A stretch of 64,000 nucleotides of DNA, taken from contig JBDRCZ010000017.1 in NCBI GenBank assembly GCA_043821285.1, positions 15,947 through 79,946 of the forward strand, read 5' to 3'. Below are positions 36,101 through 46,400 of this stretch, in pieces; the stretch's first letter is position 1; each line of letters opens with the position of its first letter. Origin of the DNA: Candidatus Omnitrophota bacterium (GTDB taxonomy: Bacteria > Omnitrophota > Gorgyraeia > B26-G9 > JBDRCZ01). The notes beneath the pieces are model-generated. The model made no database searches. It was given only the letters and a program-made list of their open reading frames with translations, and was not told the DNA's origin. Position numbers and translations under genes: made by a program.

Positions 36101-39100
36101 CAATATGTTCTGCTCCTTCAGTTCCATCTCTTCGCTCAATAAAATCGTCCAACATGCCCGCAGCTTTATATTCATTGTAAAGTTTAATTACGGCTGTATC
36201 GATTTCCTGAGCTCTTTTTCGTGCTGTTGATTCTATAAATGATCCCGTGTTTTCATCAATTTTTGATGCAAGTGGAGAGTTTTGAAATGTTTCAATTAGA
36301 TTATGGAATTCATTTAAAGCTATTTGTAATTCTCCATTATTTTCTTGTAATGATACAGGTTGTGGTAATTCATTAAGTTTTAAACTGTCAGCTGGTGTTG
36401 GCTGTACTAATCCACTTTTTCCAACTGGTTCTAAAGATACAATGTTTAATGGTGCAGCAATTCCGATTGGTGCTAATATGGTCTGTGATCCGATAGCGAG
36501 GATAGTGAGTAAAGGCAATACTACCTTACGTGCAAAAGAGAAGTTAACACTGTGTTTAAAACCCCAGCCAAAAATAGCTAATCCTATCAGTCCTATTGCC
36601 GCAATTACAGCACCTGGCAAACCAAAAAATAACCCTGCAAACCCAATTGCCATAATTAACCCATCGATTGAAAGTGCTGTGGTTCCATTAGGTAACCTAC
36701 GGCTGGAATTATTATCCGGCGCAGTAATCTCTACATTATCTCCATGATTAAACGTCTGTTCTAAGTCTTCTACGCTTCTGGGCAAGCCGTTAACTTTTAA
36801 CACCAACTCCCCAGACTGGAGCATTTTTTGTGTGGTTAGGATGGCTTTGCGATTACGATCATTATAATAAGAAATCTGTGAAGTAATAGTCTTAATAAAT
36901 AAATATGCCAGCAGATCATAGATATTTGTTGCGGGAATCTGTTCTGCTGATATCAGTTCTCTAATACCATCTTGTTGACTATTACTGGCTTCTTTAGTTA
37001 TTGTTAATTGGATTAATGCTTTTTGTTCTTCTTCTTGCAATTTTTGAGTTTGCTGAGTTATTTCATCCTCTAAAAGAGCTAATCCAGCCCTATGCTGCTC
37101 TAAGATATCTTTTTCAGGATCAAATTCCCCTTCAGCACAAATTATTAACCCATTTGGCATAATATAGTAGACTATATTGAGATAGCCATGTGTGCTTTTG
37201 CCGATCATCAGTGAGTTTTTATTATTTAGCCAACCTTCGTACCTTTCCTTATGAAGCATAATTTGTTGGCTATGTGTATAATATCTTAACGTTGCATTAA
37301 TAAAACCTTGCGCATCGGCTTCCTCTTCTTTACGATAAGTAAGTGTTGTTCCATGCCCAATGAAACCATTTTTATAATGTTCAGGTAAGTTCTTCCATTC
37401 TTTGTTCAAACCACTTTCAATCCTTTGATGCAGTGATTTGTTTCCAGGAGCCGGTATGACACGTTCTGGCTCTGATGCTAATATCTCAAAGCTCGTGAAG
37501 GCATAAAAAATATTTTCTCTATCTGTCGCAATACCCATGCGTGTTTGACCCAAATTATCAGTTACTACCTGCCAGGTTGTTAATCCTATTTCTCGAGTAT
37601 ATGCAATTAGCGCCAGTTCGTATATTTCTTCTGTTAATAGTCCATCATTTACCATCCGCACAAAAAGCTTAAGAAATTCGTTGCTGTGATATATAAACCC
37701 GACCAATATTACTAAAGAAATTTTTCTTAATCTTTCTGTTGCGTTCTCTTCCTTTTTGAGTTTACAATAGATTGCTTCTATTGCAGTAACACAATCACTT
37801 TTGTATTCTGAGCCTATTGGATCGTCTTCTAACAAGATATTCCCTAATATCTGAACCGCGTATTCTGTTCCAATATCACCTAAAAGGTTTTTAACAGCCC
37901 TTAGGCGTAAGTAAAGCGGGTTAGTTTTATCATTCAACGCATTTGTCACAAGTTTTTCTGCAGGTTCACCAATTCCTCTTATAATCTCCTCACCAAGCAA
38001 AAGTAAGTTGGTTAAGTTCATATTAATTATATATCTATTTGGTTGTTGAATTAATGTTCTCATTCGCTTAATACAAGATTCAATCACATGTGCTCCCAAT
38101 ATCTCTTTCCTGCCAATTTCAACTAAATAGTCCTTTAAAAGTTCTTTTCTTATGTTAGCAAGCTCATAAGCTGAATGAAAAAATAAAATTATTAAACTAT
38201 CAGTTATTTTATCAACCATTTGTTTAATAATATTGTTTTGGTTTTCTGCTCTGGGATTTATTTTTAATGCATTGGCAATTTCAGTTATAAACTGTCTATC
38301 TCTATCTGATAATTCATCCTGTTGAATTCTATTGTATAAGACGAATAAATATCTTATAAAATAATTGAGTACCTCAATAACAGTTCTAAGAAAATCTAGT
38401 TCAGTTTCGTTAAATACTTCTTTTTTTTCAAATTTTTCCTGTGTCATTTGCTCAAATATTTCTTTTATCAATATAACCACTCGTATTTCATTACGTTCTT
38501 TAAGTATGTTAATAAGTAAACGTCTTATCCTCAGGTCAGAAGATTGAAGCACGTATTCTCTTATGTGGGGAAATGCCCGCTCGACAATATTACCTAACAC
38601 CGAAGAGGCAATTGTAACACGTGTTCCGCGATATATTAATCCCTGTTCACTTAATTCTGTAACAGCAGATTGAAGATTATCTTCTGATTTTTTTGCAATC
38701 TCCGTCAAAATATCAATAATCACATCTTGTTTTTTTTCTCCATGATCAAGCAGGTGCCGGATAGCTTTTACGCCAAACCCTTTAACCAAAATATCTTTAA
38801 TATCAGATGTTATTTCACGATCTTCACTATGAGCTGATAAGGCATCTGTTAAAAGGTCCATTGCCGTTGCAATTGTATCTTCATCTCTATTAGCAAATTC
38901 ACCAAGTTCAGCCATATTATCAGTACGTGAAGCGCGATCTCTATACGTAGCTAACTTATTAATCACATCCTGTATGTAAGCTCTCGTTGTACTATTATAA
39001 CTATTTCTATTGCTAAAATGCTTTGTTGTATCTTCTCCCGGATTGCCCCAATCTTGTAAACTAGAAAAAGGTAACTTTAATCCACCTATTCCGGCAAATG

Positions 39101-39581
39101 TCAGTTTAGGGTTTATGCATTGCCAAAATAAATAAACTACCCCTGTTATCATTAACAATACATAAGGATTATTAAAATAACCATGAGGTATATTAGAAGA
39201 TAAGGAAATAATTATTTGCTTAAGTGGGTATAAGATTGTGCTTAGCGGTATTATATTGCTTATTACCAACACAGAAAATATTGCTAAAGCAGTTATACCG
39301 GCAATATAAGCTAATGTTCTGAATCTGTTTAAAAAGATTGGTGATTCTGTTGTAGGTTGTTTTGTTGTGATGGTAGCTGGGGCATGAGGTGTCATTTTTT
39401 CTCCTGAAATTATGAAAGCATGTTCCGTTACGGAATTAGCTATTTGCAATTCAGGGGCAAGGTGGGTGTGTAGACCTTTTAGATTGCCGCCGGCGGCCCA
39501 GGAAATGTCCAGGCATAAAAAGGCATTGATTAATATTATGGAAATTAGTCTAAAATAAATTTTACGTGTTAAATTATTCAT
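33141..39581 (-). CDS. giant-family protein G2 (2146 aa), multi-pass membrane, two GGDEF-like segments
   Basis: N-terminus MNNLTRKIYFRLISIILINAFLCLDISWAAGGNLKGLHTHLAPEL; C-terminus ...NIFIAEQAI. Several long hydrophobic stretches. Confidence 0.8.
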   Translation of the reverse strand: MNNLTRKIYFRLISIILINAFLCLDISWAAGGNLKGLHTHLAPELQIANSVTEHAFIISGEKMTPHAPATITTKQPTTESPIFLNRFRTLAYIAGITALAIFSVLVISNIIPLSTILYPLKQIIISLSSNIPHGYFNNPYVLLMITGVVYLFWQCINPKLTFAGIGGLKLPFSSLQDWGNPGEDTTKHFSNRNSYNSTTRAYIQDVINKLATYRDRASRTDNMAELGEFANRDEDTIATAMDLLTDALSAHSEDREITSDIKDILVKGFGVKAIRHLLDHGEKKQDVIIDILTEIAKKSEDNLQSAVTELSEQGLIYRGTRVTIASSVLGNIVERAFPHIREYVLQSSDLRIRRLLINILKERNEIRVVILIKEIFEQMTQEKFEKKEVFNETELDFLRTVIEVLNYFIRYLFVLYNRIQQDELSDRDRQFITEIANALKINPRAENQNNIIKQMVDKITDSLIILFFHSAYELANIRKELLKDYLVEIGRKEILGAHVIESCIKRMRTLIQQPNRYIINMNLTNLLLLGEEIIRGIGEPAEKLVTNALNDKTNPLYLRLRAVKNLLGDIGTEYAVQILGNILLEDDPIGSEYKSDCVTAIEAIYCKLKKEENATERLRKISLVILVGFIYHSNEFLKLFVRMVNDGLLTEEIYELALIAYTREIGLTTWQVVTDNLGQTRMGIATDRENIFYAFTSFEILASEPERVIPAPGNKSLHQRIESGLNKEWKNLPEHYKNGFIGHGTTLTYRKEEEADAQGFINATLRYYTHSQQIMLHKERYEGWLNNKNSLMIGKSTHGYLNIVYYIMPNGLIICAEGEFDPEKDILEQHRAGLALLEDEITQQTQKLQEEEQKALIQLTITKEASNSQQDGIRELISAEQIPATNIYDLLAYLFIKTITSQISYYNDRNRKAILTTQKMLQSGELVLKVNGLPRSVEDLEQTFNHGDNVEITAPDNNSSRRLPNGTTALSIDGLIMAIGFAGLFFGLPGAVIAAIGLIGLAIFGWGFKHSVNFSFARKVVLPLLTILAIGSQTILAPIGIAAPLNIVSLEPVGKSGLVQPTPADSLKLNELPQPVSLQENNGELQIALNEFHNLIETFQNSPLASKIDENTGSFIESTARKRAQEIDTAVIKLYNEYKAAGMLDDFIERRDGTEGAEHIGPALFLIKLVSPETYQILMTNNPPIRESNFDIVYGSRWNGTWGNPNIGLNFFTKRGIFEYAVTLVRLSHHVDNLPKNPMEFLIKHNPVTLIFNIARLVIPFFDINPETTEAFKNQADFIAKFGIMPPMGEEFFIDSFTVREGYARVKQWNNFISDCMVIPGLGIILTLIYIAYEVKKWISRKIIFPANISGLLHRRRKATNVAFMHPTGWRALNKSPSHENRLGTLIRRLVAWFGNKPKISIVLLAASIGTLMRALGYFPSQPEFSAASMLQSGMGGGTAGLIAAFSLGMASILPRENSSQERDGEFFAFELGADVEKVILEVDRCKEQGEDEEAIEMFLKAEIKRLGEKWRKIINQNINDQQFRDAATKVIDVLLSRKDTDEPYNELQEFIMYLTTLFDNTTRVRNFLNEAYPENAQKWEKEAVVFLGRHDDNAWVIFFDISELRGRNDVYGWENVNILAINTLIEAARKEIEERGRTVYHVSGDEVVGLLPPMLPKEVIEHFLVQIQRKVIERIEGKYVFAILKNINDSNRDALIEKLRENKKRNITTVTKSVFLTPEEEKASKETFILFTKDVEEDENTVLSEILANLKCLDIDINGKIYFPVYVPFAPVGAVKISDIPNISQMSLLEQLRIARDEAEYTQRRTKYANKLVGIGLSERPDPEREERKSPIKIADDKKFQLGVEGERIRQEMIDAGISKEDLDKFYPVIERDKLGKTIQNILDGKSAVSISIVHERPDKFYLVIKRENNRVQLIKLSAHYIVSSTSININDFIRASGNREFYRETDLNGDAQFAQLHFGFKVINDVFGHNVGNDVILSINNNVYNQFAGAYREDDGIITSEKIAATLKAIEIKVNEVISELGMQVRLEAGVVHSEDLNGELGMIIQTVDDLTAARKLTTGFFPNVKNHREIKDNPVLLAKLQKETNDTSAHKDRRSQRVINAKDIATRANPANENVFAPDTLLEDIPSAGEITVPNIFIAEQAI
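33400..33790 (-). other. GGDEF-like segment 2 of G2 (degenerate)
   Basis: LHFGFKVINDVFGHNVGNDVIL...AYREDDGIITS. The FKxINDxFGHxxGDxxL block is kept, but the signature is degenerate (EDDGI). Confidence 0.5.
34350..34830 (-). other. GGDEF-like (nucleotidyl-cyclase fold) segment 1 of G2
   Basis: VIFFDISELRGRNDVYGW...TVYHVSGDEVVGLLPP parallels DxDxFKxxNDxxGH...RxGGDEFxxxLP. The signature reads SGDEV. Confidence 0.55.
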
Positions 39582-40054
39582 AAGTTAATAGCCTATCAGT
39601 TAATTCCAAATGTTCCGCCTATCAAACCGGCGGACAGGCAAATAATAAAATCCAAATGACAAATGAATCATTTAATATCTCAATCTAAAAATCAAAATGA
39701 TATATTAAAATTCAAATATTTTTCTCTTTGACAGGATTTACAGGATTAACATGATTTTTTATCCAGTTAATCCTGTCTATTTTCTTATTTTCTCTGTGAA
39801 CTTTGTGTTCTCTGTGGTTATAAATTTTTTTATTTTTTTTAATCGTAATACTCAATACATGCTACTCAATACGCATTACTTTTTATAGTGTGCTCTCTGT
39901 GGTTAAAATATTTTTTGTTTTTTTATCTACATAATCATCCGTATTCTACGCTCTCTTTTATATGCACTATTTTCATTACAATCATACATATTGTAACCGC
40001 TAATAATTACAATCTGTTAAATATATTTATAACAATTTTAATATATACAAGTAA

Positions 40055-40082
40055 AGTATACCATATTTTTCTGATTTTTCAA
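40055..40082 (-). promoter_or_regulatory. sigma70-like promoter for G2(-G1)
   Basis: Minus strand reads TTGAAA, 16-nt spacer, TGG-TATACT (extended -10). Near-identical to 59561-59589. About 470 nt upstream of the G2 ATG. Confidence 0.6.
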
Positions 40083-40421
40083 GGATTTTGCTAAAAAAAT
40101 ATAGAAAATAACAGATTAAAAGATTCAGGTGATCACGGTTTTAAAACAGTATCAAGGCATTATTTATAACTTATTTATTTATAATATATTATAAAATAAT
40201 TATCGAATATGCCTACATGTTAATTATTCGTGAAATTCGTGTAATTTGTTGTTTAAAAATAAGCAGTTAAAGTTTTTCTTTGTGTGATAAATTTTATTTT
40301 TTACCGCAGAGAAAATCTAAAAGAAATCTCGTTCACAGATGTATGTAAGTTACATCCACTTTCTATTCTTAGTGCGTTACGTAAACGGTAAACTGCCTGC
40401 CTCCCGTTAGGGAGGTAAACT

Positions 40422-40446
40422 AAAAAATTGCCATAGGCAATTTTTT
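40422..40446 (-). terminator. terminator hairpin after G3
   Basis: Minus strand reads AAAAAATTGCC-TAT-GGCAATTTTTT then AGTTTACC. Overlaps the stop codon by 2 nt. Confidence 0.55.
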
Positions 40447-43400
40447 AAATTGCCCGTTCAATTTCAAACAAATCTGCTATCTCTCTCTTCTCCAGTTTTG
40501 TATCTGATCCATTTATGCCTACCCTATAGCCAGTGTGTCTTTCTTGGGGAGCAACTATTAGAGAATAAAGAGCGTGTAGTAACAGCATATCAGAATCAGA
40601 AATATGAGGGTCTATATTTTTTGCTTCTAATATTGATTCATCATCGCTTATTATTTCTTGTATAATTGTTTTTACTATATCTCTATCTTCAGCTCTGCAT
40701 TTTTCATGAATTGCATTCAGACATTGTTCAAAAAATGGTCTGAGCATCATAAGCTGAACATTATCTTCTTGTGTATATGCATTGGCAACTGCTTTTGTAA
40801 CTGTTTCTAAAACAGTTTGCCGGTAATCTGGTCTTACCGTATAGATATTATCAAAAAAGATAAAAGTCCCGGCTGCGGCTTGTGGCATTATTGTCTTGTT
40901 TAGTATCTCATTAATAACATTTCGAGGAAAATATACTAAAATACTTAATAATTTATCTATTGTAGTATTACTTGGGGTTAAACCTTGCTGCTGGATCAAC
41001 TCTTGATATTTTCTTCCTATGATTCTATGCATAGATTCAAGACTTCTTCTATTTGCATTTATCATTAAATTATTTCCTTTAACTGCTGTAACTAAGTCCG
41101 TTAATTCGCTTCGTATCATTTCTCGTTCTTTCTCAAATACATCCGTATCTTCGTTCCTCTGAGATATAAATAACCCTAAAAATTCAAGTTCTAATGCTTT
41201 TTTAAAGGCATCTTCCGAAGTAAATGCGTTTAATCTAACAGTAATATTTTCTAACAACATTAGCTCAAAGCTGGTACCTTGACGAAAAATATGTTTTAGA
41301 AATTTTTCTGCATTAGTAAATTCGGGTGAAAAGATGATTTCTCCACTGACACCATCTACTGTTTTCTCCATCACTTCATTTATCAAATTACCTACTGAAT
41401 CTAAGTTGTGAAACTCGTTTAATCTATTTTCATCTTGTATAACAGCTCTTAAATAAACCTCCATTCTTAAAAGGTAATCAGCCAAAAAAACACCATCAAT
41501 TGCAAAACGTATATTTTCATTCGTATCTTGAGTTCTTGCAGTCAAGGCTTGATAAAGAAAATCATCTATATCGGTCAACATTCTATAAAAGATTTCCATT
41601 GCTGTTTCCTTATCCTGTTTTAGAGCAAGTTCGAGGACATTATTAACATTTGAAAAATCTCGTGAAATATACTCCTTAATTACATCACATAACGCATTGA
41701 ACAGTGGTTTTTTATCACGACGGTAAATAGCAAAACTTAGCCTAATAAATGCTGCTAATATCTCATGGGAATTAAATCCTGAATTTATTAAATAACTTTG
41801 CTCCTTTTCTATATAGATTGGTATAATTTTAGAAACGTCATATCCCGCAATAACTGTGTAAGCAACTGCAGCAAAAATAAGATTATGTGTTTCTGCATCA
41901 TGTTTAGGAATGTTTATTCGTTGTAAGATTTCTCCTAATACTTCTCCTGCCTCAGTAGTTCTCTCCTCTTTTCCTTCAATCTGCGCTTTTATTTTATTAG
42001 TAAAAAATTCAAAAACAAAATCAGGTTCTGCCTTAAGATACGCTTCTATTGTTTCCCAATCTGCTGCTAATAAATTACGCAGTTTTTGGATTTTATCTTG
42101 AACCACGATTAAGTTATTTCGTAGATTGCTTATTTTTTTCTGATTTTTTCTCGTTTGTTTTTGCTCTTTGTTTATGGTTTGCTGAATAGTTCTTTCATTG
42201 CTTTGGCGACGATTAAGTGCCTGCGTCCTTGTAATAACTCCTTCTAAGAGGATTGTTACTTCAGAGAGTTTTTCTCTACGCGCTTTTACTGCCGGGGGCA
42301 TATCTAAAAGTAGAGGTTCCCTTGTTGTCACTGGAGCCTGCCATGCTGGAAGTTCTTCAGATGCTACTTGCATAGCAGCAGCGCCTTGAAGGACCTGAGG
42401 ATATAATGAATGTTTTTGCATTGGGTCTTCAACTAACATAAGCTCACAACTTTGAGGCGGTTTGAGAGCATTAATTCTATTTTGGATAACTACTCCCAAT
42501 CCCCAAGCCCATTCTGCTTGACTTTTATATAAATCAACTAAGGCTTCAATATCCTCACTTTCGTTTATAATTGCGGTTATTCTCTCTACCAGAGGAGCCC
42601 GGCTGTTTCTGTTAGGATAGGTATTAAGCATTTGATATAATTCAGGTATATTACTTAAATCATTATAACCGAGTAATCTTTTTCTCAGTACCTCTGCTAT
42701 TACCCCCCTTATTTGCTTACATCCGTAGGTATATTTATTTATAGAATTATCTGTAAGTAAACGAAGCAGGTTTTCGATATCTAAGGAAAACACTTGCCTG
42801 ATAATACCGAAAATAATATATATTTCTACTTCAGAGTGAATTTTTTTACTAAGTAAATTAGCTAATGCAGCAAGTGCCTCGCCCCCCCATTTACTAACCA
42901 TCTCCTGAGCAATAGCTTGAGCTTGTGTTTTGTCATTATTTTCTGCTTGCTGACGTTTAAATCTATCGGAAATTGCGGTTAATCGTTCAATGCCATCTTC
43001 AATCGAAGAAACAGTTAGGTGTATTTCTGATATTTTTCCTTGAGAAGCAATACTATTACTTAATTGTGCGGCTGCTGCTTGCTTTGTTTTCTGGGGTAAC
43101 CTTGGATTTCGTGACCACTCTGAAAGCAAGCGATCATTTACTTCTGCTAATCTTTTTGCAGTGCTTAACGCCTTAATTCTATACCAAAGATAATTATTCC
43201 AGTATTCATCGTCCCATTCTTGGCTTAGATACACATCAACTAAGGCAACAATATCTTGATTATTTTTTATTATATGTTTCATCCTTCTTCTTGCCAGATC
43301 TTTAATGTCTTCGTTCGGACATAATGTTTCATTATTAATAACATAATATAATGCAGAAATACTTGTTACGTTTCGAGGAATGCTAACAGTTTTTATGATA

Positions 43401-46400
43401 ATTATGCTTTTAATCATACCTCTGGTAACTTCAGCTCCTTTAGTTTCTTGCTGATTCATCGCAGTATATAAATAAAATATTTCTGTAACAGACATTGAGT
43501 TAAGACAATTACCAAGTGCCGACATAGTTATTTCTATTGCTTCTTCATTAAGAAGATTCGTATCAATTTGCTCAGCAAATTGTTTAATAATTTCTAAAAA
43601 CTCATCTTTATCCTTTGTGTTATACATTTCTGTTATAATATTTTTAACTTCTTGAGGAGCGGATGCAATAAAGGCTTGTATTTCTTCGGGTGTCTGATAA
43701 TAATCAGCCAACTCTTTCTCCAGCTTTTCTATTTGTGACGCAATTGTCGTATCTAGTTCTGGTTTATTAATTCGCAGCCACTCTATTATTCTTTTTCTTA
43801 CTGTCCGATCTTGGATGCCAATCAATAATCCTAGTACATGCACTACCTCGTTTTCTAAACACATGTATTGTGACAAGATGTCGTTAAGTTCCGTATTCGC
43901 TGCATTGCTAAAGAATAGGTATATAGTACCAGCAATATGTTTTTGTATGCCCGTAAGTCTAAGGATTTTTTCACTCAAAATATTTCTTATGCTCGAACCC
44001 CAGCTTCTTTCTAAATATAATTCTACTGCTGTCTTTAAATTATCACATTCATTAACCAGTTCTCTTATTCTCATCCTTAGCAGTGCCCGGGTTCCTTCAT
44101 GGTACTCTCTATCATTGAGCAAATCTTGCAGTGGTTCGATACTAGCAATGCCTTGATATTCAGCAAGGCGCTGTTTGATCGCTTCTATTAATTGACTACT
44201 ATTGTCCCCATGATTTAACCTACGCAATAGTTCCTCTAAGGTGAGAGTTTTTATGGGGTCAAAATCTGCTAGTAGTTCTGCAAAAGTTACTTGATTATCA
44301 GAAGGCGCTGCAACTTCTCTTGTCGGGGGGGCATCCCTGTTGGTGTCGGCTCTTTGATTAGCGTTTCGCCATGCTGCTCTTAAGGCACGTGTATCTGACT
44401 GTGATGGTGGCTCTGGAAAATGTACCACCTGAGCTGCATTCGACGGAGCTGTTGTTCGTACAAACCTATCTGGAGGGGATAGTGATAGATCGAAAGCAGC
44501 TGCTAGTTTTTCTAATGAGTTTAGAGTCAAAGGGTTATTGTTTCCTGATGGAGGAACTGTATCTTTTGGTAAAGCAACTTCTGCTGTGTCAGTCCCTTCC
44601 TTTTCTGGTTGTCGCAAGTCACCTGATTGTAATGGTACGGTGTATGCTTGAGGGTTATTTTCTTTTTCCCTTTCCCTTTTCCTTTTCTTTCTTGCAATAG
44701 GAGGACTATCTGCTCTATATTGTTTACGTGCTTTCCTTTTCATTAATACAACTTTATCTTCTTCTTCATCATCATCATATTGGTCACTATCATCTATTGC
44801 ATTTATTAACTCCTCTATTATGAGCATTAAAGCAATCCGTATATTTTCTTCTGATAATTCACCCGAACCCTCTTGCATCAATTGCTCAATTTCTTCCTCT
44901 GACAAAGTTAAATCGTTTATAACACCAATGAGCTGTTCAATGATTTGACCATTCTCGTGTGCGCTTTCAATTATATTATCTATAGCATCTTTTAACGCTT
45001 CATGATATGTATCTTCATCAAGTAGTAAATAAGTTTTTACTAAAAAACTAAGATCTATTTCTAAAGCACTATTTCTCGTTGATCTTACGCCGGTACTACC
45101 AAGCAAGCATAGTAAACTAAATCCCCAAGCCAACCCCTTCCAAATAAAAAATGCCAGTGCATCTGGTCTTGCGGCAACAAAGTGTACTACTGGATATAAT
45201 AATCCTTCATGTCGTGCAAGAGAATTTATGATTGTAAATTCGATGTAGTCGATAATAATGAGCATAGCTGATTTAGCACCAGTAACCGCCTTTTTAACTA
45301 ATTCCCAAACATTTGGTATAAATTGTATCTGCGGTTGTATATATAAAGGAAAGGTCATTATTAAGGAAAGACCTAATATAGCGTGTATTGGTAAATGCCC
45401 TAAGTTTACACTAACCGGGATGCCCGTGATATTACTGATTACCTCTAATATAAAAGGTGCAATCAATAATAAAAAGAGGCCATTTATTAATGGATGGGAA
45501 TTCAGGGTAACACTCTTACCAGCATTACTTTCTTGATAAAATTCTCTTACCGCTCTATTTGTTTTTATTAAAGCACGTAAATCAATAATGATATTTCCAT
45601 TTCTATCTTTACGAAGGTCATGTTTATTTTCCTTGTCAGATAAAAATATCTTATCATCTTCTTTCACAATTTTATATTCCACGTTACCAATCCAAATAAT
45701 ATCATTTTCCCTGAAAGTTACTTCTTTCCTTAAAATATCAATGATTAATTCCTTGCTGTTTGCTTCGTTACGCAGAAGAATAGTATTACCAGCTATTGCA
45801 TATTTTGTATTATCTATCATTCTGTCTTGATGCCACCATGCTATTCTGAGTTTGTAACCATCACCCTTTCCCTCAGTTTTTATTTTTTTTAGACCATCTG
45901 TTGGGAAAAATTCTAACCGTTCTCGTAAACGCTGGATTTTAGTATTGTATTGTCTTATATCTAAAATTCGCTTGTTATGAATGTTCTGAATTACAGCTAA
46001 TAACTCGTTGTCCTTAATACTTGCTAATAATGCGCCATAAAAGGCCAGACCTAAGCTATCTACTCTTAAAACTATTCTTTCTATTTCTGTGTGTTTGTTT
46101 TTGTTAAATAGAGTTGTTAAATAATTAGCCAATATCAGTACAAATTCCCCGCCCCACCACTTTATAACCTCAACCAATTGACCAAGAGACTGCGGTGTAA
46201 TATTTTGATGTTCATTCAGGAGATTTTCAATAATTTGTAATACTGCAGAAACTGAATATACACCAAATTGTTCGGCCAAAGCTTTGATTATTGCCAATCT
46301 TTGCGTTTCATCAAAATTATTAAGATTAGCTTCTTTTTCTTTCATCATCTTAATATAATTTTCGGCTGAATCCCAATCTTGAGTAGACTTATTAGTATCC

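Noticed and set aside
39513-39524. A-F-L-C in the shared N-module considered as a lipoprotein lipobox.
   Set aside because: Positions -1 (Leu) and -2 (Phe) do not fit [LVI][ASTVI][GAS]C. The SWA|A site after the hydrophobic core fits signal peptidase I, or an uncleaved anchor, better.
39888-40094. 68-aa plus-strand ORF inside the G2 leader; similarly 47515-47844, 47529-47738 and 53186-53611 in other spacers.
   Set aside because: They have low-complexity, Ile/Phe/Leu-rich translations of repeat DNA, no RBS, and overlap conserved non-coding modules or the G-gene 5' ends.
44250-44800. Basic clusters (KRKARK...RKKRKREREK) in G3 considered as a eukaryote-type nuclear localisation signal, implying a host-targeted effector.
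   Set aside because: This is pure speculation from composition, because such clusters are common in disordered linkers. It is only mentioned as low-complexity sequence.
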